Assembly: GCA_038065455.1 (NCBI GenBank)
Contig: JBBTQX010000002.1
Span: forward strand, 55,035 to 119,034
DNA length: 64,000 nucleotides
Source: Patescibacteria group bacterium
GTDB lineage: Bacteria; Patescibacteriota; Minisyncoccia; UBA6257; GWB1-50-10
Direction: 5' to 3'
Every line of letters begins with the position of its first letter. Position 1 is the first letter of the stretch. This document shows positions 10,376 to 20,012 of this stretch, piece by piece. The notes below the pieces were generated by a model. The model ran no database searches. It was not told the origin of the DNA and saw only the letters and a program-made list of their open reading frames with translations. Position numbers and translations under genes: made by a program.

Positions 10376-10879
10376 TTAAGGCCTTACAACCGCTTTTATT
10401 TCGAACTCTTTTGCATTACCACCGGATTCGAGCCGGACCAGCCGGTCAACCGGGCCCACGCCCGCCGGACCGTGCGCCGCCGGATCGAAAACCGCTCTCA
10501 CTACCGCTTTTTCGCCCGCTTTCAGTTCGCGGCCCAATCCGGGCACAAAGCCGTGCCCCGGCATTCCGAACGGGCCGGACTCTTCGCCACCCAAGATGAA
10601 ATATGCGTTCGTGCACATGCAAGAAGTGAAAAGTTTTTCGAATACGATTGTCGAGGACGAATTATTCGTTATTTCGAAATCGTGAGAAACTTTTCCGGCC
10701 GCCATGCTGATTTCGCCGAAATCGAAATTCGTTTCGGGCGCGCTAATATCGACAATCGAGCTCAATGACGCGGCCTTATCCGATACCTTTTCTTTCTGGG
10801 AATTGGGATACGAAACGGCGATAAGAGTTATAACCGCCAAAATTCCCACTCCCAACCAAATGCTTATTTTCTTGTTCAT
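10376..10879 (-). CDS. DUF1573-like Ig-fold exported protein
   Basis: FDFGEI...F.I.N...TSCMCT motif, FDPAAHGP. Confidence 0.8.
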   Translation of the reverse strand: MNKKISIWLGVGILAVITLIAVSYPNSQKEKVSDKAASLSSIVDISAPETNFDFGEISMAAGKVSHDFEITNNSSSTIVFEKLFTSCMCTNAYFILGGEESGPFGMPGHGFVPGLGRELKAGEKAVVRAVFDPAAHGPAGVGPVDRLVRLESGGNAKEFEIKAVVRP

Positions 10880-10956
10880 AGATTTGATTTAATGCGACAA
10901 AAAATCCCTTTTGGGGATTGGAGGCGCGAAATCCGATTACTCGACAGTAATTCGAA

Positions 10957-11373
10957 TCAAGCGCCTATCGCGAAAGCGGGAGAACGTTCCAAGCCGGCGA
11001 ACCACGAAATCATTTTCGGTCCGGAATCAGCGACCTTGTCCTCATAATTTTTTCTGAAATAAGCTTGGCTTAGTATTTTATTCTTTCCGATCTCCGAAAA
11101 AATCAAAGCCAGGGAAAAGGCCAAAAGAAGAGCGGAGAGAAGAAACAACGGCGAAACATCCAAAAAGCCCGACTGGCCCAAATTCTGGATATTCTTGAAA
11201 TGGAAAGCCGCGAAAGCGAAGACGCCGTCTTTCACGGGACAGGGCGTGCCCTGGGTGGCATCGGCGAAACAATTATTTCCCATCGCGCCGTGCATCTCGT
11301 TCAAGCCGACAAAGCCGAAAACACTGATTGAAAGCAGCGCTATTAAAACTATATTGGCGAAAACGGTTTTCAT
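10957..11373 (-). CDS. Hypothetical membrane protein
   Basis: Two hydrophobic segments, MH..M..C...PCP; first gene of the copper cluster. Confidence 0.6.
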   Translation of the reverse strand: MKTVFANIVLIALLSISVFGFVGLNEMHGAMGNNCFADATQGTPCPVKDGVFAFAAFHFKNIQNLGQSGFLDVSPLFLLSALLLAFSLALIFSEIGKNKILSQAYFRKNYEDKVADSGPKMISWFAGLERSPAFAIGA

Positions 11374-11407
11374 TCGGTTAAATCATATCAATTTCTCCCA
11401 TAAAAGC

Positions 11408-11557
11408 AAACCCTGCTCCTAGATTAATCCCGGCGTTTGCCAAAATGGGTATTGTCTAGTTCCGAGGTTTAAGAAAAAATTAATTCTCTGTCGCGTCGGA
11501 AAATTTGACACCCCTGGTAAGGATTATTTGATCCGGAATCTAGCGTGAGCAGGATCA
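11408..11557 (-). ncRNA. Candidate 6S RNA (rod-shaped ncRNA)
   Basis: TATAAT at 11569-11564; ends pair (AUCCUGCUC..CUAGAUU with AAUCUAG..GAGCAGGGU); central bubble; inner GGGUGUC..UUCCGA/UCGGAA..GAC..ACCC stem. Confidence 0.5.
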
Positions 11558-11667
11558 CTGTTAATTATACCCCTATCCAAATGTCCGCAAATCAGCCTCT
11601 GTGCACAAAAGTTTGACAGAAACGATGAATAATGACGGCCAGCCGGAATACTAAGGTTTCTCCTTGA

Positions 11668-12261
11668 TTATTCGAGGATCCCGTTCAAATCCACATCGTA
11701 AAGCATCCGTTCGCCGATATATTGGTAATTGATTATTTCTTCAGGTTTGAACCAAATGGCAATTTCTCTTTCGGATTCTTTAGGGTCATCGGTACAATGA
11801 ATGAGATTCCTGACACATCTATCATCTTCATTCGATAAATCATAAGAATCAATCGTCAAGTCACCTCGTATAGTTCCAACATCCGATGTCAGCGGCTCCG
11901 TACCGCCGACTATCTTCTTCACTATTCCTACGGCTTTATTTCCTTCCCATATCATCGGAACTATCGGCCCGCATGTGATAAACGAAACATTACCTCTGAC
12001 TATATCCATACCATATTCGCGAGCTGTTTTTTCTATCGGTTTGCCGGCTTCCGTTCTTTGTTTTATGCGCAACTCGCCTTTAGCCTGGAGCCAAATTTCA
12101 TCTTTTTTATAATGCTCGTTCCCTTGTTCTTTTGTGCCTAATGAAAATTTGGCGGCTATGAGCTTCAAACCAGTGCGTTCAATTCTATGAATCAGTTCAC
12201 CCACCAATCCTCTCTGAATGCCGTCCGGTTTGATAATTACAAGCGTTCGTTCTTTTTTCAT
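11668..12261 (-). CDS. ndk: Nucleoside diphosphate kinase
   Basis: ERTLVIIKPDGIQRGLVGE, GTIRGD, RNLIH catalytic His. Confidence 0.95.
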   Translation of the reverse strand: MKKERTLVIIKPDGIQRGLVGELIHRIERTGLKLIAAKFSLGTKEQGNEHYKKDEIWLQAKGELRIKQRTEAGKPIEKTAREYGMDIVRGNVSFITCGPIVPMIWEGNKAVGIVKKIVGGTEPLTSDVGTIRGDLTIDSYDLSNEDDRCVRNLIHCTDDPKESEREIAIWFKPEEIINYQYIGERMLYDVDLNGILE

Positions 12262-12262
12262 A

Positions 12263-13660
12263 TTATTTCTTTTTATCTATTTTAATGCGGAGTTCTTTTA
12301 GTTGTTCCTCCGAAACGTCCGACGGACCGTCCATCATCAAATCTCTGCCGTCGCCGGTCTTCGGGAATGCGATGACTTCCCGGATATTCGGCTCGTTTTC
12401 CAATATCATCGCAAAGCGGTCCAATCCCCAGGCAATGCCGCCGTGCGGCGGCGCGCCGAAACCCAATGCCTCGAGCATATGCCCGAAATTGCTTTTTATC
12501 CTCGCCGATTCGAATCCCATTATTTCGAAAACTTTCTCGAGCGCCTCGGGCGTATGATTCCGAATGCTTCCCCCGCCAATCTCCCAGCCATTCAGCACGA
12601 TATCATACTGCGTAGTCAAAATTTCCGGAATATTTTTCTTATCCATCAAATCCTTCATAAATTCCGGCTTCGGCGCGGAGAAAGGATTATGAGTAAAGGT
12701 CCAGTCGCCGTTATCGGTCTTCTCAAAAAACGGAAAGTCTATCACCCAGCAAAAAGCCAGCAAATTCAAATTATTTTTATCATCCCGCAAATCCGGCCGG
12801 TCCGTACCATACTTCTCCTTCGCCTCCTTGTAGGATAGGCACGGAAAAGGAATTTCCTGGATTTTCTTCTCGGGATAAAGCTTCCCTATGAGCTCAATCA
12901 GAAGCTTTTCATTCAATTCCATCACATCCTCGCGCTCCACGAAGCTCATCTCCAAGTCCAATTGGGTGAACTCCGGCTGGCGGTCGCCACGCGTATCCTC
13001 GTCGCGGAAACAGCGGGCAATCTGGAAATACCGCTCAAGGCCTGCCACCATCAAAAGCTGCTTGTATTGCTGGGGCGACTGGGGCAAAGCGTAAAATTTG
13101 CCTTCATAAAGCCGAGACGGCACCAAATAGTCCCGCGCGCCTTCCGGCGTAGATTTGGTCAAAATCGGCGTCTCCACTTCTATAAATTCTTCCCCATCCA
13201 AATAGTCGCGAATGAATTTTATTATCCTGTGGCGATGGCGGATATTTTTCTGGAGACGGGAACGACGCAAATCCAGATAGCGGTATTTCATCCGCACCTC
13301 CTCATTTATGTCAAGACCGTCGCTCGTAACATCGAAGGGCGGAGTCTTCGCCTCCGAAATTATCTCCAGGCTTTCCGCCGGCACCTCATGGTAGCCGCTC
13401 GGAATCTTCGGGTTTTCCATGCCCGCGGGGCGCTTTCCCACCTTGCCTTTTATTTTTACCACCCACTCCGAACGCAAAGTTTCCGCCTTCGCGTGAAGCT
13501 CTTTGTCTTTCGGAATAAAAACTACTTGGGCAATACCACTCCGATCTCTCAAATCGATGAAGATAAGTTTGCCGTGGTCGCGCCGGACATCCACCCAACC
13601 TGTGAGTTCCACCTCCTGGCCTTCTTTCGAAGCGATGTCTTTGGCTAAAGTCCTCATCAT
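12263..13660 (-). CDS. aspS: Aspartate--tRNA ligase (short, GAD-less)
   Basis: RDHG OB-fold, ALPQSPQ, FRDED..RQPEFTQLD, GAPPHGGIAWGLDR. Confidence 0.96.
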   Translation of the reverse strand: MMRTLAKDIASKEGQEVELTGWVDVRRDHGKLIFIDLRDRSGIAQVVFIPKDKELHAKAETLRSEWVVKIKGKVGKRPAGMENPKIPSGYHEVPAESLEIISEAKTPPFDVTSDGLDINEEVRMKYRYLDLRRSRLQKNIRHRHRIIKFIRDYLDGEEFIEVETPILTKSTPEGARDYLVPSRLYEGKFYALPQSPQQYKQLLMVAGLERYFQIARCFRDEDTRGDRQPEFTQLDLEMSFVEREDVMELNEKLLIELIGKLYPEKKIQEIPFPCLSYKEAKEKYGTDRPDLRDDKNNLNLLAFCWVIDFPFFEKTDNGDWTFTHNPFSAPKPEFMKDLMDKKNIPEILTTQYDIVLNGWEIGGGSIRNHTPEALEKVFEIMGFESARIKSNFGHMLEALGFGAPPHGGIAWGLDRFAMILENEPNIREVIAFPKTGDGRDLMMDGPSDVSEEQLKELRIKIDKKK

Positions 13661-13667
13661 TACGGAA

Positions 13668-14555
13668 TTATTTTATCACAAAAAACCTTAATATGTCATC
13701 CGTGGCCTCGAATTTCACCAAGCCGTCCCGATCGGTGCGAAATATCTTCGCGCCGACATCCGCTAACCGATTCAAAGCTTCTTTTGTCGGATGGCCGTAG
13801 GAATTCTTCCCTACTTCTATAACCGCGACTTTCGGCCTGATCGAATCCAAGAAATTCGCCGAAGACGAGAATTTCGAGCCGTGATGCCCGACTTTCAAAA
13901 TATCCACCTTGTCCGCCATATCCGCCATTATTTTATTTTCCGTTTCCTCACCCATATCGCCGGTGAAAAGTGCGCGAGTGTTTTTGCTTTCTAGCTCGAG
14001 TACCAGTGCGGTCTCATTCAAACTGTCTCCGGAAGCAATGGTGTTCTTCGGAGGCCAAAGCACTTTCATTCTACTTGCACCGTACCGGATGACATCCCCC
14101 GCCGCAAGCGTTATAAGCGGGATATTCTTGTCTTTTATCGTTTTTATAAGCTCTTTCGCCGCCGAAGTGTCTTTCGGCACGCCGTTCCAAACAAACGCGC
14201 CGATGCGATAGCGTTTCAATACTTCCATTAGACCGCCGAAATGGTCCAATTCGGCATGACTCAAAGCGACGATGTCTATATAATGATCGCGCGAAGGCAA
14301 TATCTTGTCCAAATTCTCGAGCACCAACGAGTCCGGCGGCCCGCCGTCAATGAGAATCTTCGCCCCGCCCGGAAATTTGACGAGTTCGCTGTCCCCTTGG
14401 CCCACCGACAGGAAATAAAGAGATAATCTGTCTTTTTCCGAAGCGTCGGCTCCGATTTGCCGGAAAACAAGAATATCCAGAATAAAAAACAAAGTCAGCC
14501 AGAAAACGACTTTCCCGAAATTATTCCCGATGAATTTACGAATGAATTCCTTCAT
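13668..14555 (-). CDS. ComEC-type metallo-beta-lactamase domain protein
   Basis: VGQGDS, IDGG, SHAELDHFGG, LFTGD, KVGHHGS, YGHP. Confidence 0.9.
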   Translation of the reverse strand: MKEFIRKFIGNNFGKVVFWLTLFFILDILVFRQIGADASEKDRLSLYFLSVGQGDSELVKFPGGAKILIDGGPPDSLVLENLDKILPSRDHYIDIVALSHAELDHFGGLMEVLKRYRIGAFVWNGVPKDTSAAKELIKTIKDKNIPLITLAAGDVIRYGASRMKVLWPPKNTIASGDSLNETALVLELESKNTRALFTGDMGEETENKIMADMADKVDILKVGHHGSKFSSSANFLDSIRPKVAVIEVGKNSYGHPTKEALNRLADVGAKIFRTDRDGLVKFEATDDILRFFVIK

Positions 14556-14573
14556 TTTTCCATCTTCGTGCCC

Positions 14574-16058
14574 TTATCCCCAGGGTGGTGTCTTTAAAGA
14601 CACCACCCTGTTTTTCGACGTTTTCAAAATGAAAGTTGCGATTGCCAGATAATAAGCAACAATAAAAATCCAACCCAAAGACACGCTTAGAGATAGATTG
14701 AAGTTGCCGAAGAATTCTATCAGTCCCGTCTCGACTTTCAATAGCGGCCAAACGAACCAGCCGGCGATGAGCGCGAGATAATGCGAGATGCCGGAGAGAA
14801 CGGCGACGGCGAAGCCGAGCATCATCGTATACGGAATAAGCTCCAGAACCAGAACATTCGAGATGAGCGAAATAGGCGAAAAATTCCCGAAGTTCTGGAT
14901 TAATATCGGAAGAACCATAAGCTGAGCGGAGCCGGTCATCAGGAGATTCTCCCGCCAGGAAAAAGTTTCTTTTTTCCCGCCGACCGGCAAATTGAAAAGC
15001 TCTTCGAGCGCCGGCTTCAAATATACGATGCCGATGAGCGCGAGGAATGAAAGTTCAAAACCGGCATCGAATACCAACACCTTGGGATTTATAAGCACCA
15101 TCAAGAGTCCCGCTAAAGTTATGGCATTCCGCGGATTGAAGATGCGGCCGCTCTCGGTCGCAACGACGACGAGCGCGCCCATAATCGCCGCTCGCACGAC
15201 CGATGCCTCCGCTCCGGTCATAAGCACGAAGGCGACAAGGAAAATGAAGGCGACAATAAAAGCAGTCCTTCTTTTCAAGAATGAAGTGAGTAAAGCCATT
15301 GCCGCCACGATGACGATCGAGACGTTGTAGCCCGAAAGCGCGACCAGGTGCGTCGTGCCGCTTATCTGCATCGCCACTTTGAACTCGGGAGAAAAATCGC
15401 TCCGCTCACCCAAGGTCAGGCCGGAAAGAAAAGCCGCTTCCTCGACCGGCAATATCTCTCCGAAATTATCCACAGTGGAATTCTTGAGATTGAATAAAAA
15501 AGATTTGAAGGGCGCGCCCTTATCTTCCGCGATTAGCTTAACTTCGGGATATGAAACAATTCCGCTTATTCCCTCCTTCGCCAGATATTGGGCATAGCCT
15601 GCCTGCGCAGGCAGGCCTCCCAATTCCGGTTTTTTGACCGCGCCATTTACCGAAATCAAGTCGCCATAATGGAATTCGGGATAGCGCGGAGCATTTACGA
15701 GAATTTTCACCTTGGCGCCGGAAAATTCCGTTTGGACGTAAAGATTTTGATAACTCCCCCTTGGGGCGGGATTATTCACCACCAATCCCTGGAAATTGAG
15801 CTTTTCTCCGGTCGGAATATACTTTTCAGTAAAATTCCTATCGTCGGCGGCCGAATAAAGCGCACCGATGGCTATAAAGGCCGAAAGTCCCGCAATCCAA
15901 AAAAACCGCCGGCTCTTCTTCCAAAATCCCAGCGAAACAAAAACAGCCGCGCCAGCGGCCGTCAAAACCAATATCCAGAAATTCAAATGGAGGCTCTCTA
16001 ACCCTACTCCAAAAAGAAAGAAAATCGAACCGAAAAAGAAAATATTATACGGCTCCAT
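14574..16058 (-). CDS. comEC: ComEC/Rec2 competence membrane protein
   Basis: Multi-TM, GTTHLVALSGYNV, ASVVRAAIM, GFELSF. Confidence 0.92.
   Translation of the reverse strand: MEPYNIFFFGSIFFLFGVGLESLHLNFWILVLTAAGAAVFVSLGFWKKSRRFFWIAGLSAFIAIGALYSAADDRNFTEKYIPTGEKLNFQGLVVNNPAPRGSYQNLYVQTEFSGAKVKILVNAPRYPEFHYGDLISVNGAVKKPELGGLPAQAGYAQYLAKEGISGIVSYPEVKLIAEDKGAPFKSFLFNLKNSTVDNFGEILPVEEAAFLSGLTLGERSDFSPEFKVAMQISGTTHLVALSGYNVSIVIVAAMALLTSFLKRRTAFIVAFIFLVAFVLMTGAEASVVRAAIMGALVVVATESGRIFNPRNAITLAGLLMVLINPKVLVFDAGFELSFLALIGIVYLKPALEELFNLPVGGKKETFSWRENLLMTGSAQLMVLPILIQNFGNFSPISLISNVLVLELIPYTMMLGFAVAVLSGISHYLALIAGWFVWPLLKVETGLIEFFGNFNLSLSVSLGWIFIVAYYLAIATFILKTSKNRVVSLKTPPWG
14581..14610. repeat. Perfect 30-bp palindrome, copy 1 (24-bp core GGTGGTGTCTTTAAAGACACCACC)
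   Basis: Same 24-bp core at 40427-40450. Confidence 0.9.
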
Positions 16059-17185
16059 TATAAAATTATACCACCGCCTAGCATACGTCGACCGCGCAGA
16101 CCAGCCAAAAATCCCGCTTCGTAAAAGACGGCCGACTGGCCGGGAGCGACGAATTTGACCGGTTTTGAAAAAATCAATTTATATTTCCCGCCCTCTTCTT
16201 TTATAAGCGTTGCCGGAATGAGCGGCTGGCGATACCGAACTCTGGCAAAAACTGATAACTTATGACCTATAACTTGAAACTTACTAACGAGTTTTGGGTT
16301 TATAAAATGCGTGTCTGCTAACTCTATCTCTTTTTTGAAAAGCGCCGGATTGTCGCTTCCCAGCGCGACTACAAGTGTGTTCGTATTGATGTTTTTATCC
16401 GCAACGTAAAGCGGTTTTTGGAATTTGGTATTTGGGATTTGGATTTTGGCGCCCAAATGTCTTTGCCCAATCGTATAGAACTGGGCGCCCATGTGCTCCC
16501 CCATCTTCCGGCCTTCCGTATCGACGATCGGCCCTTTTTTCGGCTTGATATAATCTTTCAAAAATTCATCGAGTTCCACCTCGCCCAAAAAGCATATCCC
16601 TTGAGAATCTTTCTTTTCCGCCGTCGGCAATCCCGCTTCTTTCGCTATTCTCCGCACTTCGGGCTTCACATAATCCCCGATCGGAAAAAGGCAGTGTTTC
16701 AATTGTTCCTGTGTGAGCGTCCACAGGAAATAAGATTGGTCTTTGTTTTTATCTCTAGCCTCAAGGAGAGAAAATGCATTTTCTCTCTCCGCGAGCCGTA
16801 CATAATGACCGGTCGCGATATAATCCGCGCCCATCTCGAGCGCCTTCTTGAAAAATAAGCCGAATTTAATTTCCTTATTGCACATCACATCCGGATTGGG
16901 TGTGAGCCCGCTCCGATAGCCCACTACCATATACTCCACCACTTCCTTCTTATATTCCTTTTCAAAATCAAAAACGTAGAATGGAACGCCTAAATGTGCG
17001 GCCGCCCGCCGAGCATCTTCCGCATCACGTTCGGCACAGCCGTCCACGTTGAATGAGCGGATAAAAACGCCAGTGATATTATATCCCTGTTTCTGTAGCA
17101 AATAAGTGGCTACGGAAGAATCCACTCCGCCCGATAAGCCAACAAAGACCCTTCGCTTCTGCTCAGGGCAGACCTTTTTACTCAT
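16058..17185 (-). CDS. mnmA: tRNA 2-thiouridylase MnmA
   Basis: SGGVDSSV, TPNPDVMCN, ATGHY, KDQSYFL, DSQGICF, PGQSAVFY. Confidence 0.97.
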   Translation of the reverse strand: MSKKVCPEQKRRVFVGLSGGVDSSVATYLLQKQGYNITGVFIRSFNVDGCAERDAEDARRAAAHLGVPFYVFDFEKEYKKEVVEYMVVGYRSGLTPNPDVMCNKEIKFGLFFKKALEMGADYIATGHYVRLAERENAFSLLEARDKNKDQSYFLWTLTQEQLKHCLFPIGDYVKPEVRRIAKEAGLPTAEKKDSQGICFLGEVELDEFLKDYIKPKKGPIVDTEGRKMGEHMGAQFYTIGQRHLGAKIQIPNTKFQKPLYVADKNINTNTLVVALGSDNPALFKKEIELADTHFINPKLVSKFQVIGHKLSVFARVRYRQPLIPATLIKEEGGKYKLIFSKPVKFVAPGQSAVFYEAGFLAGLRGRRMLGGGIIL

Positions 17186-17757
17186 ACTTTCTCCACGCGC
17201 TCCACGTACTCGCCTGTTGTCGTATTCACTCTCAAAATATCGCCTTCATTGATGAAGAGAGGAGCATCCACCTTCGCGCCCGTTTCGAGCGTCACCACTT
17301 TCGTACCGCCTTGGGCCGTATTGCCCTTCACGGCCGGCGGAGCTTCGGTCACTTTCAAATCCATTTTTATCGGCAATTCCACATTGATAACCTTCTCGCC
17401 GAATTTATAGGCCGTTACTTCCAGATTGGTTTTGAGAAATTGGGCGGCCTTGCCGATAACGTCGACGCTCAAGGTAAAGCGGTTTTTGGGATTACCTTTT
17501 TCGTTGAACCAAAATTCGCCGCGGCTCTGATAAATGAATATCACCGTCGTCGTGTCTATCTCGGCTTCCTCATATTCCTCGTTTTGGTGGGCGGAATAGT
17601 CCACCACCTTGCCGTTCACTAGATTCTCGATTTTGAGCTGGACGACTGGCTTCCTCTGTTGCATCCGGACGAAGGCGTATTCTATCACCTTCCACGGCTC
17701 GCCATCCTTGATGAAAACCGTGCCTATCTTCAACTCGTTATAGGATAATCTGGACAT
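17182..17757 (-). CDS. efp: Elongation factor P
   Basis: PPAVKGNTAQGGTK, LETGA.V.APLFINEGD, YVER. Confidence 0.93.
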   Translation of the reverse strand: MSRLSYNELKIGTVFIKDGEPWKVIEYAFVRMQQRKPVVQLKIENLVNGKVVDYSAHQNEEYEEAEIDTTTVIFIYQSRGEFWFNEKGNPKNRFTLSVDVIGKAAQFLKTNLEVTAYKFGEKVINVELPIKMDLKVTEAPPAVKGNTAQGGTKVVTLETGAKVDAPLFINEGDILRVNTTTGEYVERVEKV

Positions 17758-17758
17758 A

Positions 17759-17895
17759 CCAGGTAGTGAAAATGCGATTTAAAATCGCGATAATTTGATT
17801 AATTTTTATAATAGATGACCTTTTATGTATCTTTTTACAATGCTGGGCAATAAATACGACTTAAACTTGTTTCCAGTCGCATTTCTACTACCTGG
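17759..17895. mobile_element. TIR element copy 1 (empty, 137 bp)
   Basis: CCAGGTAGTGAAAATGCGA ... TCGCATTTCTACTACCTGG. Confidence 0.75.
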
Positions 17896-17979
17896 CATAA
17901 TTGCTGACTATTCTATTCAAAATCCGGAAGATTTGCAAATTCCTTTAGAAATCAGCCAATAACATATTTAAGTGAAGCG

Positions 17980-18123
17980 CGGCATGATAAAAAAGTGGGT
18001 AAAAGCTCCGCTTTTTATCGACATCACTCGGACAAAACAAAAACATTGTTTTTGCTTTGCTCCTCGCTCGTCGATATAAGACTTGGCCTAGCGGCCCGGA
18101 GCGCACACTTTTTTGGCGTGCCG
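17980..18123. repeat. Nested long hairpin containing a 28-bp repeat shared with tgt
   Basis: CGGCATG..AAAAAAGTG/CACTTTTTT..CGTGCCG outer stem; TAAGACTTGGCCTAGCGGCCCGGAGCGC (18077-18104) identical to 31106-31133. Confidence 0.7.
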
Positions 18124-18137
18124 AACCTAGCTTAGCG

Positions 18138-19988
18138 CTACTCTATCTTCGTGAGTGCGCTTTTCAAAGCATCTTTGAGACTCTCCACGCTCATTTCCTC
18201 TTTCGGATCTTTAGTTCTTTTTTCCTCATGAGGCTTGGATAATTCCGAAAGAGACACTCCGGGCCTTCCCGTTTCTTCCATAAAAGGTTTTTCTTCAAAG
18301 GCGGCCGAGTGTTGCGGCCGAGCAATTTCTGGCTTCACGAACGCAGGTTTGGGCTTGGGTTTGAAGACCTCGAAAGCTTTCTTTATCGGCTGGAAGTTTT
18401 CTCTCTTCGGAGCGGCTGGCGCCTGCGTCTTCTGCTGTTCGAATTCGATGCCTAAAACGGCTAAATCGGAGTATTGCTGATTCTGCACCTGGGGCGAAGG
18501 AGCGAATTCTCGGTCGGACGGAATCGGTTTCAATTCCCCCGCTTTTATCTTCGCGAGGCAATCCTGGCAGTAGACCGGCCGGCCCGGCTGAGGTTCAAAA
18601 GGAACGGTCGTTGTTTTCCCGCACGATGAGCAGACCACCTGGTATTTGCCAGAAGCGCTGATTGGCCCACTCGCGGTCATACCCGGTCCACCCATGCCAC
18701 TCCATTCGTTGATTTCTTTCTCCACCATCCAGGACGGCCGGGCATAGCGCTTTTTGGAATTTTCTATGATGGTATTCACGAGCTCGGAAGATGAGTTCAC
18801 TTTGAAACCCGGCAGGGTTTTGGCCGAAAATGGCCGGCTCGTCACGCCGTCCACCATCAGTTTCAGGTAGATGGTATAGTTCGGAAGATTGACGAAATCC
18901 GCCGGGACGAATTCCGGATCGAACTCACTTTCCAAAAATTCGGCATCCGCCGCGCCCACCCGGAAACAAATCATCGTGCCGACGTTGCCGAAAACCGCGT
19001 CGCGCACCTTGGTGGAAACATCGGTCACCAATTGGCCGATATATTGATGGGCCAGGATAAGGTCCAATCGATATTTTCTGGATTCGGAAAGAATACTGGC
19101 GAAGGAATCGGTCGCGAAGTTCTGGAATTCGTCCACATAAAGGTAGAAATCCACGCGCTCGTCTTCGGGCACACGCACGCGCTCCATCGAAGCAAGCTGG
19201 ATTTTTGTGATGAGCATCGCGCCCAAAAGCGCCGAGTTGTCTTCTCCGATCCGGCCCTTCGATACATTCACGATGAATATCTTTCCGGAATTCATTATGT
19301 CAAAGATATCGATCGTACTCTTGGATTGGCCGACGATATTCCGCACGACGGAAGTCGAAAGGAATTGGCCGACTTTGTTTTGAATCGGGGCGATGGCTTC
19401 GTTGCGGAACTGGTCTTTCCATTCCTCGTATTCGTTCAACCAAAAAGCCTTCACGACCGGGTCTTTGATGTTCCCAACGATTTTCTGGCGGTACTCTTTG
19501 TCCACAAGAAGCCGGGTGATGCCCAAAAGAGTGGAGCCGGGCGTGTCCAAGAGCGCGAGAATCGCGTTATTCAAAATATATTCCATACGCGCCGACCAAA
19601 CGCCGGACCAAATCTTCGTGAAGATGCTCATCAGGCCCGAAGCGGCCAAATGCTTGTATCTCGGGTCGGGCAGTTCCAAAACATTGAAGCCGATATGGGA
19701 CTCCGTGTCGGCCGGGTTGAAATAAATAACGTCGTCCATCCGCTCCTTCGGAATCTTTTCCAATATTCCTTCCGCCAATTCGCCGTGCGGGTCGATGACG
19801 CACAAACCCTCGCCGTTCGCGATATCCTGCGTAATGAGATTGTTCAGGAGGACGGACTTGCCCGTGCCGGTCTTGCCCACCACATACATATGCTGGCGGC
19901 GGTCCTTCCGCTTGATGCCAAAAAGCCGGTCGGCGTTCCGGAAATTCGTTCTCGCGAAATATGCGACGTCTTTATCTATTTCAGCCAT
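18138..19988 (-). CDS. TraD/TrwB/VirD4-like ATPase with C-terminal CxxC-x17-CxxC domain
   Basis: GKTGTGKS Walker A, IDPHG, YVDEFQNF, RKY.L.L.LAHQY; CSSC-x17-CQDC. Confidence 0.88.
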   Translation of the reverse strand: MAEIDKDVAYFARTNFRNADRLFGIKRKDRRQHMYVVGKTGTGKSVLLNNLITQDIANGEGLCVIDPHGELAEGILEKIPKERMDDVIYFNPADTESHIGFNVLELPDPRYKHLAASGLMSIFTKIWSGVWSARMEYILNNAILALLDTPGSTLLGITRLLVDKEYRQKIVGNIKDPVVKAFWLNEYEEWKDQFRNEAIAPIQNKVGQFLSTSVVRNIVGQSKSTIDIFDIMNSGKIFIVNVSKGRIGEDNSALLGAMLITKIQLASMERVRVPEDERVDFYLYVDEFQNFATDSFASILSESRKYRLDLILAHQYIGQLVTDVSTKVRDAVFGNVGTMICFRVGAADAEFLESEFDPEFVPADFVNLPNYTIYLKLMVDGVTSRPFSAKTLPGFKVNSSSELVNTIIENSKKRYARPSWMVEKEINEWSGMGGPGMTASGPISASGKYQVVCSSCGKTTTVPFEPQPGRPVYCQDCLAKIKAGELKPIPSDREFAPSPQVQNQQYSDLAVLGIEFEQQKTQAPAAPKRENFQPIKKAFEVFKPKPKPAFVKPEIARPQHSAAFEEKPFMEETGRPGVSLSELSKPHEEKRTKDPKEEMSVESLKDALKSALTKIE

Positions 19989-20012
19989 CTTACTTATCTA
20001 TTATACATCAAA

